Origin: Candidatus Multivoradales bacterium
GTDB taxonomy: Bacteria; Acidobacteriota; Thermoanaerobaculia; Multivoradales; Multivoraceae
Reading direction: 5' to 3'
Assembly: GCA_965223325.1 (NCBI GenBank)
Contig: CBDCWI010000001.1
Span: forward strand, 1,760,001 to 1,824,000
Length of the DNA: 64,000 bases
Below, piece by piece: positions 47,990 through 57,952 of the stretch (the stretch's first letter is position 1; every line of letters begins with the position of its first letter). The notes under the pieces were generated by a model, which searched no databases, was not told the origin of the DNA, and saw only the letters and a program-made list of their open reading frames with translations. The position numbers were made by a program, and so were the translations under genes.

Positions 47990-49336
47990 CTAGAAGCTGT
48001 AGTCGATGCCGATCGTGGGAACGACGCCGTCGATTGCCAACCCTTCATCGCCGAGTGGGAAGAGAGCGTTGACCGACAGGAGGAAGGTACCGCCGAGGTT
48101 GATCCGCAGACCAGCGGCACCGAGCAGCAGGTTGACATCGTCTTCCTGGAAGACCAGCACGTTGCGCTCGGCCGTTTGCGGGGCGACGCTGCCAGGGCAC
48201 GCACCGATGATCTCGCCGGGGCAGAACTGAAAGCTCTCGGCCTGTCGCTGCACCGTCTGCGAATCGAGCAGGGTGCGCCCGATGGCGTCGACGGCGAGCG
48301 TAATGCGCGGATGGAGTGCGGTGTCGAAGCCAACGGTGTAGTTGATCTCGTCCGAGAGGTCGCCGCTCGAGAGCGTGTAGCCAACGTTGAGGTGCGGCGA
48401 GAAGCTCGAGCGCGTGCCCGACGCGATGAAAAAGAGCTTGCTTTGGGTCTCGCCGGTGCCGAGGAGTTCATCTTCGTCACCGGTGGGCAGGCGCGACTCG
48501 ATGCCGAAGGCAAACGGGCCATCCTCGGAGAAGCGGTACTTGGCGCGGACCAGGACGTCGCCGACGCCCGAGGCGCTATCCGATTCACTGAACACCGCCG
48601 TGTCGGGGTCGCCTGCCGGGAACTCGTGGAGATCCGGCAGAACTGAGTTTCCAGTCGAGAGGCGATCGATGGTGAGAAGGGCGGTCGCGGTCAGGTCGAC
48701 CGAGACGAAGGGCACCGCCACGCCAAAGTCGAAGCGATCGGTAACACCGTAGTTGAAGAACACCACCGACTGCTCAGACTCGACATCGATGTTGGTCATC
48801 GCGCCGATCACGTCCCCTTCGAAAAAGTCCACCAGGCGGCTACCGTCGTTGTTGACATCCTTGTGCAGCAGCTGAAACTGCAAGTCGCCGTTGTTGAGAC
48901 CGAGGCCATCGAGCTCGTCGTACTCCGCGGTGAGATAGTTGATGCCCGCGTTCCACTTCCCGCGACCGACTGTTGCCGAGCGCTCGGCAAACATCGGCCC
49001 GAAAGAGTCAGACTCGCGGATGAAGGTGCCCGAAGAGCTGTCGTACGAGTAGGTGAAACCACCGGACGAAGACGCCACCGGGAAAGTCGCAAGCTGCGAA
49101 GCCAGGGCGCCGTTGAGGCTCAGACCGATGTTTCTGAGCGTGCCGTCCTCATCTTCGAAGTGAGCCTCGTGCCCGTTGTCTTTGAGCTCGATGTTGGTCG
49201 TGAAGACGCGCTCGATCAGACCACCGAGGCCAACTGAGGTTTGTGCGGTAGCCGGGGCCTGGAGAGTGACGGCAAGGACCAGGGCGACTGCAACGCTGAG
49301 CGAACTCGTTGAGATCTTGTACATAGGGAGCGACAT
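47990..49336 (-). CDS. Outer-membrane beta-barrel ('transporter'/MetA-pathway-like)
   Basis: Signal peptide, SGVGDVLVRAKY, LPTGDEDELLGTG, C-terminal IGIDYSF. Confidence 0.75.
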   Translation of the reverse strand: MSLPMYKISTSSLSVAVALVLAVTLQAPATAQTSVGLGGLIERVFTTNIELKDNGHEAHFEDEDGTLRNIGLSLNGALASQLATFPVASSSGGFTYSYDSSSGTFIRESDSFGPMFAERSATVGRGKWNAGINYLTAEYDELDGLGLNNGDLQFQLLHKDVNNDGSRLVDFFEGDVIGAMTNIDVESEQSVVFFNYGVTDRFDFGVAVPFVSVDLTATALLTIDRLSTGNSVLPDLHEFPAGDPDTAVFSESDSASGVGDVLVRAKYRFSEDGPFAFGIESRLPTGDEDELLGTGETQSKLFFIASGTRSSFSPHLNVGYTLSSGDLSDEINYTVGFDTALHPRITLAVDAIGRTLLDSQTVQRQAESFQFCPGEIIGACPGSVAPQTAERNVLVFQEDDVNLLLGAAGLRINLGGTFLLSVNALFPLGDEGLAIDGVVPTIGIDYSF

Positions 49337-49496
49337 CCTTCGGTAGGTAGGCACTGCGAAGACGCTTGGTGATCGCAGCCATTGTGGTGAATCAACAGTG
49401 AATCGAAAGTGGTGGACCGGGGGATGACCCCGACGAGTGGTGGGTGAAGACGAGTCGACCCGGCAACCGCGATACTTCGCTCAGAACGGTTTGGGC

Positions 49497-51086
49497 TCAG
49501 TTGTTCGGTGCGCCGTTGTCGACCCAGATAAAGAACGTGCAGTAGGCAGTGTCGGGGGTGGTGCAGGTCTTGGCAGTCCACGGAGAACCGCCGGTGTGTG
49601 GAAGCGATCCCGTGGCCTTGCGCAACAAGAGACTCGAGGCCGGGTTGCCAGTGTTGACATAGGAATTGCCGTGGCTGTCGTACTCGCAGTCGACGGTGCT
49701 GGTACTCGGAAAGACGACGCGAGTTCGCTTCTGCGAGGCGCTGCCACTCGAGAGGTCGAGACCGTCGCCGGTTGCAGACCCGTCGCAATGATGGCTGGAG
49801 GTGTGACAGGCCGTGCATCCCGAGGTCGTGAACAACGGAACAACGTCGTTGGCCCAACTGACCGACTGCACCGACGTCGTGGTCGAAGTGGTTGGAACGG
49901 AGGTTGTCGTCGAAGTGGCGATGGAGGTGGTCGAGGTCGTGCCGATGCTGGTTGTCGACGTCGTGCCAACACTCGTTGTCGAGGTCGTGCCAACGCTCGT
50001 TGTCGAGGTCGTGCCAACGCTCGTCGTGGTGGTCGTGCCAGCGACGCTCGTTGTCGTGGTGGTGTTGGGAACACTGGTCGTCGTCGACGTCGGGGTCGAG
50101 GTGGTAGTCGTGCCCGACGTGGCACAAGGCATCGAGCGGATGTCGATGATCGCCGGTGCCGCCTCGAAGTTGTTCTTCGCGTAGCGCCTGATGCCGGCGC
50201 TCTGACGATCACGAATGTCGATGTCGAACTTCACGTCGGTCGCCGCCGCAGCAAACAGCCAATAGTGATTGTTGATTCGGCAACCGTCGAGAACCTTGAC
50301 CAACAAGTCCCAGTTGCCCGGACTGAAGAAGTAGAAGAGTCCCGATTCGTCGTTGCCAAACGGAACCACACTCGCCTGCCCGCGCTGGCCCTTGCGCGAC
50401 TGCCACCCCACGTCGAGCTGAAACCGAAGCTTCTGGAGAAAGAGCACCTTGCCCGGTGAGCGTTCGGCAAAGGCCCCTTCAACGCGCGACTTGAAGGGGT
50501 CGTCGAGAAGGTCGAGCTGGTTGCCACCCACCACGTCGAAGCTCTCGAGGTCTGGCTCGTCGGTGGCCAGGCTGCCGCACACCGAGAACGCCTCGATATC
50601 GGTGATGGCATCGGCACGGGTACCTGGTGGGTTGTTGTAGACCGAGACCTGGTTGGTAAAGGTGTCGCGAACAGTGAGTCGATATTGCACATCCGTGGTG
50701 GCAGCAACGTAGACCCAGACGTGATTGTTGAGAGAACACCCGTTGAGAACCTTGACGAGCATCTCCCAGTTGTCTTCCTGGAAAAACCAAAAGAGCCCGG
50801 AGTCGCCGGATGGTGTGCCGTTGACGACCTGCCCTTGACGCACTCGGCCCAGGCTGTCGACGAAGTCAACCCGCGCGTTGAAGCGCCGACCCGGCCCGAG
50901 GTTGACCGAAGTCGCAGCGTCGACCTTCTGATCGAGGGTTGCGTTCGATGCCGGACGCGCCTCCGTGTCGCCCGTCGGTACCAGGCTTGCGATCACTGCA
51001 AAAGCGACCAGGCCCATCACGACGAGGACATGGGACAGGCGTTGCTTCGCCTTCTTTGGGTCAAAAAGAACGGACTTCAAGCCCAC
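49497..51086 (-). CDS. Secreted protein: two 'VKVLDGC' domains, Thr-rich linker, C-terminal CxxCH domain
   Basis: FWFFQEDNWEMLVKVLNGC and FYFFSPGNWDLLVKVLDGC; TTSTTSVG repeats; VVPLFTTSGCTACH...SSLLLRKATG..PHTGG. Confidence 0.75.
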   Translation of the reverse strand: MGLKSVLFDPKKAKQRLSHVLVVMGLVAFAVIASLVPTGDTEARPASNATLDQKVDAATSVNLGPGRRFNARVDFVDSLGRVRQGQVVNGTPSGDSGLFWFFQEDNWEMLVKVLNGCSLNNHVWVYVAATTDVQYRLTVRDTFTNQVSVYNNPPGTRADAITDIEAFSVCGSLATDEPDLESFDVVGGNQLDLLDDPFKSRVEGAFAERSPGKVLFLQKLRFQLDVGWQSRKGQRGQASVVPFGNDESGLFYFFSPGNWDLLVKVLDGCRINNHYWLFAAAATDVKFDIDIRDRQSAGIRRYAKNNFEAAPAIIDIRSMPCATSGTTTTSTPTSTTTSVPNTTTTTSVAGTTTTTSVGTTSTTSVGTTSTTSVGTTSTTSIGTTSTTSIATSTTTSVPTTSTTTSVQSVSWANDVVPLFTTSGCTACHTSSHHCDGSATGDGLDLSSGSASQKRTRVVFPSTSTVDCEYDSHGNSYVNTGNPASSLLLRKATGSLPHTGGSPWTAKTCTTPDTAYCTFFIWVDNGAPNN

Positions 51087-51416
51087 GAGATAGCTCCGGG
51101 GAACGATTCCAAGCGATCAGACTCCGCCCCTCTTGCCGGACGGCAGGCACCCGGAACTTCTTGCGAAAACCCGGGATAACTAGCGAACGTTAACACAATA
51201 ATGCTCCGCCCCAGCCGCGTCACCTGAGTCGCCGAACAAGTCGCTAGAGGTGTCCGGCCAGACCTCGGTTCCTCGAAGAATGACGCTCGATCAGACCCCA
51301 TTCACGTTCACAAATGGGTTCTGAAACCGAGAGCAGGAGCCGCTGGTGGTTGCGATACCCTCTGCTTTCCATTCCTCACAACACCTCACCACAACCCACC
51401 ATCTCGGAGGACGGCG

Positions 51417-51974
51417 ATGCAGGACCCCACCAGAAACCGGCTCATTCACGGCGGCCACAAAGGCACCGAAGCAGAGTTCGGAAGCTGTGCGGAACGCTGG
51501 GGCGTGCCCGAAACCACGATCTCGTTCGAGGGGCACGACCTCTCGCGAGGCGTCGATGTCGACGTTCTCACTGATGGCGAGCTGGCGAGTGGCGACGTTT
51601 CGATGGAGATCGTCTTCGCGCGCCTCGGGCGTCGTTTCGCACGCGGGAAAGGGATCCGCCGGGTGATTCAGTCGATGTTCCACATCGTCAATCGTGGTGA
51701 TCACCTCTTCGCAATCGGCTGGATTCAGGAAGACGGGACCGTCAAAGGCGGAACTGGCTGGGGTGTCGAACTCGCCAAGTTCTTCAACCGCGGTATCCAC
51801 GTCTTCGACCAGGACAAAGAAAAGTGGTACCGCTTCACCGGCAGCGACTGGCAGGAAGACGACCCCACCATCCCGGAGAACAAGGCCTTTTCCGCCACCG
51901 GTACGCGGAACCTCACTCCCGCTGGACGGGCAGCGATCGAAGCGCTCTTCGTTTCCACCTACGGCCCACGCTGA
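51417..51974 (+). CDS. Conserved hypothetical protein (possibly SLOG-like)
   Basis: GGAGG RBS; HGGHKGTE, VKGGTGWGVELAK, SATGTRNL. Confidence 0.65.
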   Translation: MQDPTRNRLIHGGHKGTEAEFGSCAERWGVPETTISFEGHDLSRGVDVDVLTDGELASGDVSMEIVFARLGRRFARGKGIRRVIQSMFHIVNRGDHLFAIGWIQEDGTVKGGTGWGVELAKFFNRGIHVFDQDKEKWYRFTGSDWQEDDPTIPENKAFSATGTRNLTPAGRAAIEALFVSTYGPR

Positions 51975-52032
51975 TTGAGGTCGGGCGGTCCACAGTTGCG
52001 CCTGGTCGCTCGACGCTGCCGATCGGTGACCC

Positions 52033-52839
52033 ATGACTAGGCTCGGCAACCACGCCACCACCCAGGGAGAGGCGTGCCTGAACTGTGGCGTGCCGCTCGG
52101 CGGCGCCTTCTGCTCGAATTGTGGCCAGGATGCGCGCACGCCCCTACGGCCGCTCGGCGACTGGCTGCGCGAAGCGTTCCGAGACCTGTGGGGCCTTGAT
52201 TTTCGAATTGCGGCGACCCTCCGCGCTCTCCTTCTTCGCCCTGGCGAACTCACGGCGGCGTACGCCAGGGGACAGCGGAAACCCTACACATCACCTTTCA
52301 AGCTGTACCTGGTGGTCAGTGCGGTGGCGATCGCCCTGATGGGTCTGACCGGGGTGATGCGCTTCGACCAGGTTCTCGGCGGAATGACGCCGGAACAACT
52401 GCAGCAGCTGGATTCCCTCCTCCCCGGGGTCGAACTGAGTGATCCCGTCGTGGCAGATCGCTTCGAGCGGCGTTTTAGCACCGCCCTTCCGATCCTCAAC
52501 CTCTTCACTCCCATCGGCGTGGCGCTGGCGCTTGCACTCCTCCGGCGCAAGGACTACTTCCATCTGCACTGGGTTTTCGGCCTGCACGTCGCCGCCGCTC
52601 AGGTCGCCTATACCACCCTCTTCGTACCGATGATGTGGCTGCCCGAGGGAGCCCGCGTCGCGCTCGCCGCTCTCGTCCTGCTCTTGCTGGCTGGCTATCT
52701 CTTTGTCGCCCTCCGCAAGGTCTACGGTGGCAGCATCGTGAGCGTTACGTTGACCTTCGTCGGGCTGATGATCAGCTACTTCGTGATCGTCAACCTTCTG
52801 TCGATCGCAGCGATCGCGATCACCCTCGCGACGTTGTAG
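52033..52839 (+). CDS. DUF3667 membrane protein
   Basis: CLNCG...FCSNCGQ, LLLRPGELTAAY..GQRKPY.SPFKLYL, followed by TM helices. Confidence 0.85.
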   Translation: MTRLGNHATTQGEACLNCGVPLGGAFCSNCGQDARTPLRPLGDWLREAFRDLWGLDFRIAATLRALLLRPGELTAAYARGQRKPYTSPFKLYLVVSAVAIALMGLTGVMRFDQVLGGMTPEQLQQLDSLLPGVELSDPVVADRFERRFSTALPILNLFTPIGVALALALLRRKDYFHLHWVFGLHVAAAQVAYTTLFVPMMWLPEGARVALAALVLLLLAGYLFVALRKVYGGSIVSVTLTFVGLMISYFVIVNLLSIAAIAITLATL

Positions 52840-52861
52840 GTCGAGCGTCTCGCTGTCTGAA

Positions 52862-53962
52862 TCACTCGAGGAGATCGGCGCGCCGCATGACCATCTTCTC
52901 GGCCGTACTTTCCGTCAGCTGATAGACCCACGAACCGTGGTAGCTGTTGAAGCGCTGCACTTCGTCGTTACGCTTCAAGATCTCAGACTTCTCTTTGAGA
53001 CCTTCGTCGTCTTCGTCTTCGCCGAGCTCGATTCGGTCGACGCCGAGAAACGCTGAGATGCGCATGAAGGTGTCCTCGCCCGACTCGGCAACCATCACTG
53101 CGTAGCCGCTCTTGTCTTCGCGGGTGACCCGCAGGCCCCGGCGCCACTCGAGGGTCGTCACCTCAGGGGCATCGGCGCGAAAGACCTTGTCGTACTGAAG
53201 TCGGTAGAAGGCGCCCTTGACCTTGTTCAAGGCTCCCGTTGAGACCGTGTCGCTGCCAGCGTCAGCCAGAGTGAGCTCACCTTTGGTGGGCGGTGTCGTT
53301 TCGCCGTCTTCACCGACCTCACCTTCGATGACCGGGCGCTCCAGAACGAAGTCAGGACCCTCGACACGGTCGACTTCTCCCTGCTCGACGTTCGCCACTT
53401 CTTTTCGCAGGTAGCTGTCGATTGAAGTGTCGACTGAGACTGCACCGGCGCTCAGATAGATCGGCTGATCGGCGAGATCGAGACGCTGAACGTAACGACC
53501 GCCTCCTTCATCGGCGCGGTTACCGACGCGGACCTGCACCATCGGTTCACCGGCCTTGTTCTGAAGTAGGGCCTCGACGGTCTCGCTCCCGGGCGGCTCG
53601 ATGCCTAGTTCCTCCGCCAGCGACCCACCAGAGCCGACCTCTTTGTCGAGTTCCAGGTCGAGGAGCTCCTGGACCAGGCGATTGACCGACTCATTCTTGA
53701 CGATGTAGCCGTCTTTCTCGGCGAGGGTGAACTCATCGCGGCCTGCGGTGGTGTTTCCGTACACCTCGCTGCGTTCGAGCGTCAGCGTTTCTTCGCCTTT
53801 GGTGACCTTGATGGTGCCGATCTCGTCAGGGTCGAGGCCCTGGAGAAACTTCTGGCCGCTCTCGAAACGCTCACCGACGTTCGCATCCCGCCAGTAGGTG
53901 AACGCTGACAGCAGCATCGTGATGACAACGCCAATGAGGAGCTTCTGGTTGAGACCGCTCAT
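52862..53962 (-). CDS. DUF4340-like periplasmic protein of a Gld-like ABC operon
   Basis: N-terminal TM helix; last gene of the ATPase-permease-GldG-like operon. Confidence 0.65.
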   Translation of the reverse strand: MSGLNQKLLIGVVITMLLSAFTYWRDANVGERFESGQKFLQGLDPDEIGTIKVTKGEETLTLERSEVYGNTTAGRDEFTLAEKDGYIVKNESVNRLVQELLDLELDKEVGSGGSLAEELGIEPPGSETVEALLQNKAGEPMVQVRVGNRADEGGGRYVQRLDLADQPIYLSAGAVSVDTSIDSYLRKEVANVEQGEVDRVEGPDFVLERPVIEGEVGEDGETTPPTKGELTLADAGSDTVSTGALNKVKGAFYRLQYDKVFRADAPEVTTLEWRRGLRVTREDKSGYAVMVAESGEDTFMRISAFLGVDRIELGEDEDDEGLKEKSEILKRNDEVQRFNSYHGSWVYQLTESTAEKMVMRRADLLE

Positions 53963-56061
53963 GCCTGACCTCCGGACTGCTTCTCCGCGCCGCGCGCCGC
54001 CTGGGTCGTGAAACTGCTCTCACGCCGGTCGCTCCGGCGCCTGAATGCGCGCCAGCACCCGAGGGCCAGAATGACGAGGGGCATCCAGCCGAGGACCGCA
54101 AAGCGCACCGAACTCTCCTCGCGCTCTAAACGAGCGCGGCGATCTTTGCGAATCTCGCGCAGCTCGTTCTGCGCTTCGGTGATGCGCTCGTTGAGGTCTG
54201 CAACCTCGTCTTGAACCTGTTTCTGGAAGAGCGACGCATTGCGCGTCGTGATGGCACTCTGTTTGTCGCGCAGTTCCTGCTCGAAGTTCTCGATCTCGGC
54301 GCGAATCTGCTCTTCGCGCTCGAGCGTGTCCTGCTCGGCCTGTGCTTCGATGTCATCGAAGAGCTCGAAGGGCCGTCGCACCGGCCGTTTCGAGCGCACA
54401 CTCATGAGCTCTTCCGAGCCAAGCAGGTAGTCGACCGCGTTCAAGAAGACGCGATGGTTGTCGTTGGCCGCCTGGACCAGGCCAAAGGGGTTGCGTATGA
54501 AGGCGATTTGATCGGAGATGAAGTCGACGTCGGCAAACACGACCACTGCGCTGTCGGCTACTTCGGACGCGTCCAGTGGTTCGGCACGCACCATCTCGGT
54601 ACCTTCTGGCGGGGGCAACTCGATGCCGGGAGGCAACCCGGGTGGGCGCTCAGGCTCCTGTGCCGGGTACTCGACTCCCTGGGGAAAGGCCGTACCTAGT
54701 TTGCCGCGCACGACGTAGGCCATGGCTACCGGCTCGGTGCCGGGCTCGAAGGCATCGCGCAGCGCCGCCGGGTTGTTGAAGTCGGTGTAGGCCAGGCCGT
54801 CACCCTGGCCACCGATACCGGGCGTCACCGTCAAGGTGCTGCCGGAGGCGGTCGTGGTCACCAGGGGATAACGCTCGACATCGCTCGCTTCGCTGCTTCC
54901 GTTCTCGCCCTCGGGGGCGACCGGTTCGAGGGCACCCGCGAGCAGGAAGCGGAGGTTCGAAAGCCCCTGAACGACAGGACTGTCGGCGGCGAGCGCCGCC
55001 TTGGCGTCGTCGCCCGAGATGTCGAGATCGACCAGCAGGGTTTCAGCCCCGCCGTTGCCAAGCGGGCGCCGAACGGCGAGCTCAAAGTCGGCCACGAACT
55101 CGTTGGCCGGTCGTGCGAGTCCCCAGTGCTCGAGAAGCGGGCTGAGGTCAGAGGCAGGCTGATACTGGAGCGCCATCCACGGCTGCTGCGGGTTCTGCGG
55201 TGCCTGATCGTCGAGGGCATATGGATCGACGAAGGCGAGCAAGCGGCCGCCGCGGGCAACAAACTGATCGATCGCGAACAGCGTCTTCTGAGGCAGGTTC
55301 TTGGGGTGGATCACCACCAGAACGTCGTAGTCATCGGGCGAGATCTCCGTCGCGTTGGCCTCGACCTTCGAGGTCTCATAGAGCTCGTCGAGCAGTTGCA
55401 CGGCGATCCACTTGGGGGTCGGCTGCCGCCCCTGCGCCGCGAGCATCTGCGCCATGTAGGGGTCGTCGCCGCTGCCCGAGACCTCGAGGCTCGATAGAAC
55501 ACCTACGCGCTTCCTTTCAGACCAGACCAGCCGCGACAGCGCCTTGGTGATCTCGTACTCGACGTTCTCCTGCTCGTTCGGCCACAGGAACGGAATGACC
55601 TCGCGGCTTCCCGTCTGGGTCTCCAGCTCCAGGCCGAAGAAGAACTGATCGCCCTCCTGGTTGATCATCTTTCCTTCGAGCCCCGCGTCCGCCGCGTCCT
55701 GGGCTTCGTCGGTGTCGGGGATCGGGTCGACGAACCCGACGCGCACGCGGCCGTCGGAGGCGCGCTCGTACTCACGCAGGAGGCTGCGCAGGTAGCGCTC
55801 GTAGCCAATGAAGTCCTTGATGAACTTGGGCAGGGTCTTGCCGGTGGTCTCGGAGAAGTAGAGGGTGACGTCGACGGGCTTGACGCCTTCGTCGCTCATT
55901 CTCGCCAGCAGGCTCTTGCTGCCCTCGGTCAGCGAGTAGAGATCGTCCTGGGTCAGGTCGACCCGTACATCGGTCAGCCAACGGTCGAAAAGGTGGACCG
56001 AGAAAACGGTCAACAGGCCGACGAGTGAAATCGTGGCCCAGCGCGTGCGAAGGAACTCCAT
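53959..56061 (-). CDS. GldG-like ABC auxiliary component
   Basis: RVDLTQDDLYSLTEGSK, VEYEITKAL, IDQFVARGGRLLAFVDP, VFADVDF, FLNAVDYLLG; AGGAG RBS before ATG 56061. Confidence 0.85.
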   Translation of the reverse strand: MEFLRTRWATISLVGLLTVFSVHLFDRWLTDVRVDLTQDDLYSLTEGSKSLLARMSDEGVKPVDVTLYFSETTGKTLPKFIKDFIGYERYLRSLLREYERASDGRVRVGFVDPIPDTDEAQDAADAGLEGKMINQEGDQFFFGLELETQTGSREVIPFLWPNEQENVEYEITKALSRLVWSERKRVGVLSSLEVSGSGDDPYMAQMLAAQGRQPTPKWIAVQLLDELYETSKVEANATEISPDDYDVLVVIHPKNLPQKTLFAIDQFVARGGRLLAFVDPYALDDQAPQNPQQPWMALQYQPASDLSPLLEHWGLARPANEFVADFELAVRRPLGNGGAETLLVDLDISGDDAKAALAADSPVVQGLSNLRFLLAGALEPVAPEGENGSSEASDVERYPLVTTTASGSTLTVTPGIGGQGDGLAYTDFNNPAALRDAFEPGTEPVAMAYVVRGKLGTAFPQGVEYPAQEPERPPGLPPGIELPPPEGTEMVRAEPLDASEVADSAVVVFADVDFISDQIAFIRNPFGLVQAANDNHRVFLNAVDYLLGSEELMSVRSKRPVRRPFELFDDIEAQAEQDTLEREEQIRAEIENFEQELRDKQSAITTRNASLFQKQVQDEVADLNERITEAQNELREIRKDRRARLEREESSVRFAVLGWMPLVILALGCWRAFRRRSDRRESSFTTQAARGAEKQSGGQA

Positions 56062-56071
56062 CTTCTTGCTC

Positions 56072-56824
56072 CTACTGGTTCTTCGTCTGGTGGAGGGTGA
56101 CCATGCCCGCGACCAACCAGCCAACGGTGAACACCGCGAAGAACAACAAGGTCCGCAGCTCGATGAGGCCGCGGGTCATGGTTTCGAAGTGGTCGAGGAG
56201 GCTGATGCTGGCCACCAGTTGCTCCGGGTAACCGCCAAAGATGTTGCCAACGGCCTGCTGAGTCTGGGGCAGGCCAAAGAGAAGGAAGAGCACCGAAGCG
56301 GCGACCGCCAGAATGAAGGCCACGACCTGGTTCTTCGACATGGCTGAGAACAACATGCCGACCGCCAGGAACGCGCCGGCCGACAGGAAGCAGGCCAGAT
56401 AGCCAGCGAAAATCGCTCCCCAGTCAGGGTCGCCGAGCCGCATGACCTGAAGCACCGCCGGCCAGGTACAAAGCAGCGACACACCGAGAAAGGCCCAGCC
56501 GGCCAAGAACTTGCCGAGATAGGAACCCTCGAGCGTGACCGGCAGGGTGAGCAGCAACTCGACGGTCCCGCTCTTTCTTTCTTCGGCCCACAGGCGCATC
56601 GCAACGGCCGGCACCAGGACCACCAACAACCAGGGAATGTAGGTAAAGAGCGCGTCGAGGTTCGCTTCGCGCAGCTCGAGGAAACGACCGAAGTCGCGCG
56701 AAACCATCAACCAGCCGCTGGCGACCAGGAAGATCACGATGAAGATGTAGCCCAGGGGCGAGGAGAAGTAGCCCTTGAACTCGCGCTCGAAAACCGCGTC
56801 GAGACCTGCGAGGCGATCGTTCAT
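56072..56824 (-). CDS. GldF-like ABC-2 permease
   Basis: REFKGYFSSPLGYIF, MRLWAEERKSGTVELLLTLP, GKFLA, SKNQVVAFI. Confidence 0.88.
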   Translation of the reverse strand: MNDRLAGLDAVFEREFKGYFSSPLGYIFIVIFLVASGWLMVSRDFGRFLELREANLDALFTYIPWLLVVLVPAVAMRLWAEERKSGTVELLLTLPVTLEGSYLGKFLAGWAFLGVSLLCTWPAVLQVMRLGDPDWGAIFAGYLACFLSAGAFLAVGMLFSAMSKNQVVAFILAVAASVLFLLFGLPQTQQAVGNIFGGYPEQLVASISLLDHFETMTRGLIELRTLLFFAVFTVGWLVAGMVTLHQTKNQ

Positions 56825-57642
56825 GCTGCAACCCCTCCGGTGATCTTGCGAAAGTAGTCGTCGAGGCGGCCAGTCGGCGACTCCGCCATCAGCGCTTCGG
56901 GCGTCGAGTCGACCAGGATGGCACCGCCCGAGAGAATGACCGCACGATCACACACGCGTTCGGCCTCGTCGAGGATGTGAGTCGAGAGAATCACCGCCTT
57001 GTCTTCGAGACCGGCGATCAAGTCCTGTACCAGTGCCTTCTGGTTGGGATCGAGACCGTCGGTCGGCTCGTCGAGAATCAAGACCTCGGGGTCGTGAATG
57101 AGCGCCTGTGCGAGACCGACGCGACGCTTGAAGCCCTTGGACAAGGTCTCGATGGTCTGACCTACGACAGCGTGCAGACCGGTGCGGTCGACAACCACTT
57201 CGGCACGCTTCTGGCCGTCGTCGAGACGTCGCACGCGGGCTACGAACTCGAGAAAGTCACAGACCGTCATTTCGCCGTAGGCTGGCGCGTTCTCCGGCAG
57301 GTAGCCGATCTTGCGACGTGCTTCGAGCGAATGCTCGCGAACGTCGAAGCCGGCGACCTTGACGCTGCCGGTATCAGGTTCGAGAAAGCCGGTGATCATC
57401 TTCATCGCCGTTGTCTTGCCGGCGCCGTTGGGGCCCAGAAAGGCCAGCACGTCGCCGCGACGAACCGTAAACGAAATGTCGTCGACAGCTCTGAGATCGC
57501 CGTAGTGTTTACTGAGATTCTCGACCTCGACCAACGCGTCGCCGGCCGTCTCGCGGCTGGCAGGTTCGCTGGGGGCGCTGTTTGATTCCAGGTCTTCGTC
57601 GTGTTCGGACATCGAATGAGACTCCCGAATCGTTGGGTTCAT
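56821..57642 (-). CDS. GldA-like ABC ATPase
   Basis: GPNGAGKTT, LSKGFKRRVGLAQAL, LILDEPTDGLDPNQ, STH. Confidence 0.92.
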   Translation of the reverse strand: MNPTIRESHSMSEHDEDLESNSAPSEPASRETAGDALVEVENLSKHYGDLRAVDDISFTVRRGDVLAFLGPNGAGKTTAMKMITGFLEPDTGSVKVAGFDVREHSLEARRKIGYLPENAPAYGEMTVCDFLEFVARVRRLDDGQKRAEVVVDRTGLHAVVGQTIETLSKGFKRRVGLAQALIHDPEVLILDEPTDGLDPNQKALVQDLIAGLEDKAVILSTHILDEAERVCDRAVILSGGAILVDSTPEALMAESPTGRLDDYFRKITGGVAA

Positions 57643-57952
57643 GGATCCTGACGAGCTGTGCCGAACCGCTGCGGTGGCGCGGGCTTGGCTTGAAGCCGCT
57701 CGACTCGTGAGAGAACAACGCCGTCAGTTGGCGTCTGGTTCCAATGCTGAGCCGGGCGCTCAGCGCGACCGATGGGTAACTTGGTCACATTTTCTACACC
57801 GTTCCACACCCCGATCGCAAGGGGTCCTCGACCCGCAGGCAAGAGACCGCGGGAAGGTCGTTGGGGCCCGCGAGCCACTGGTACCATCGCCCCGCTTCAA
57901 CCCTCTGACGACGGGGCAATCCCGCCTCTCGGTGCGCTGCGGACCCACGAAT

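Noticed and set aside
52862-57642. Gliding-motility system
   Set aside because: GldA/F/G-like ABC operons are widespread in non-gliding bacteria, and no other gld/spr genes are present.
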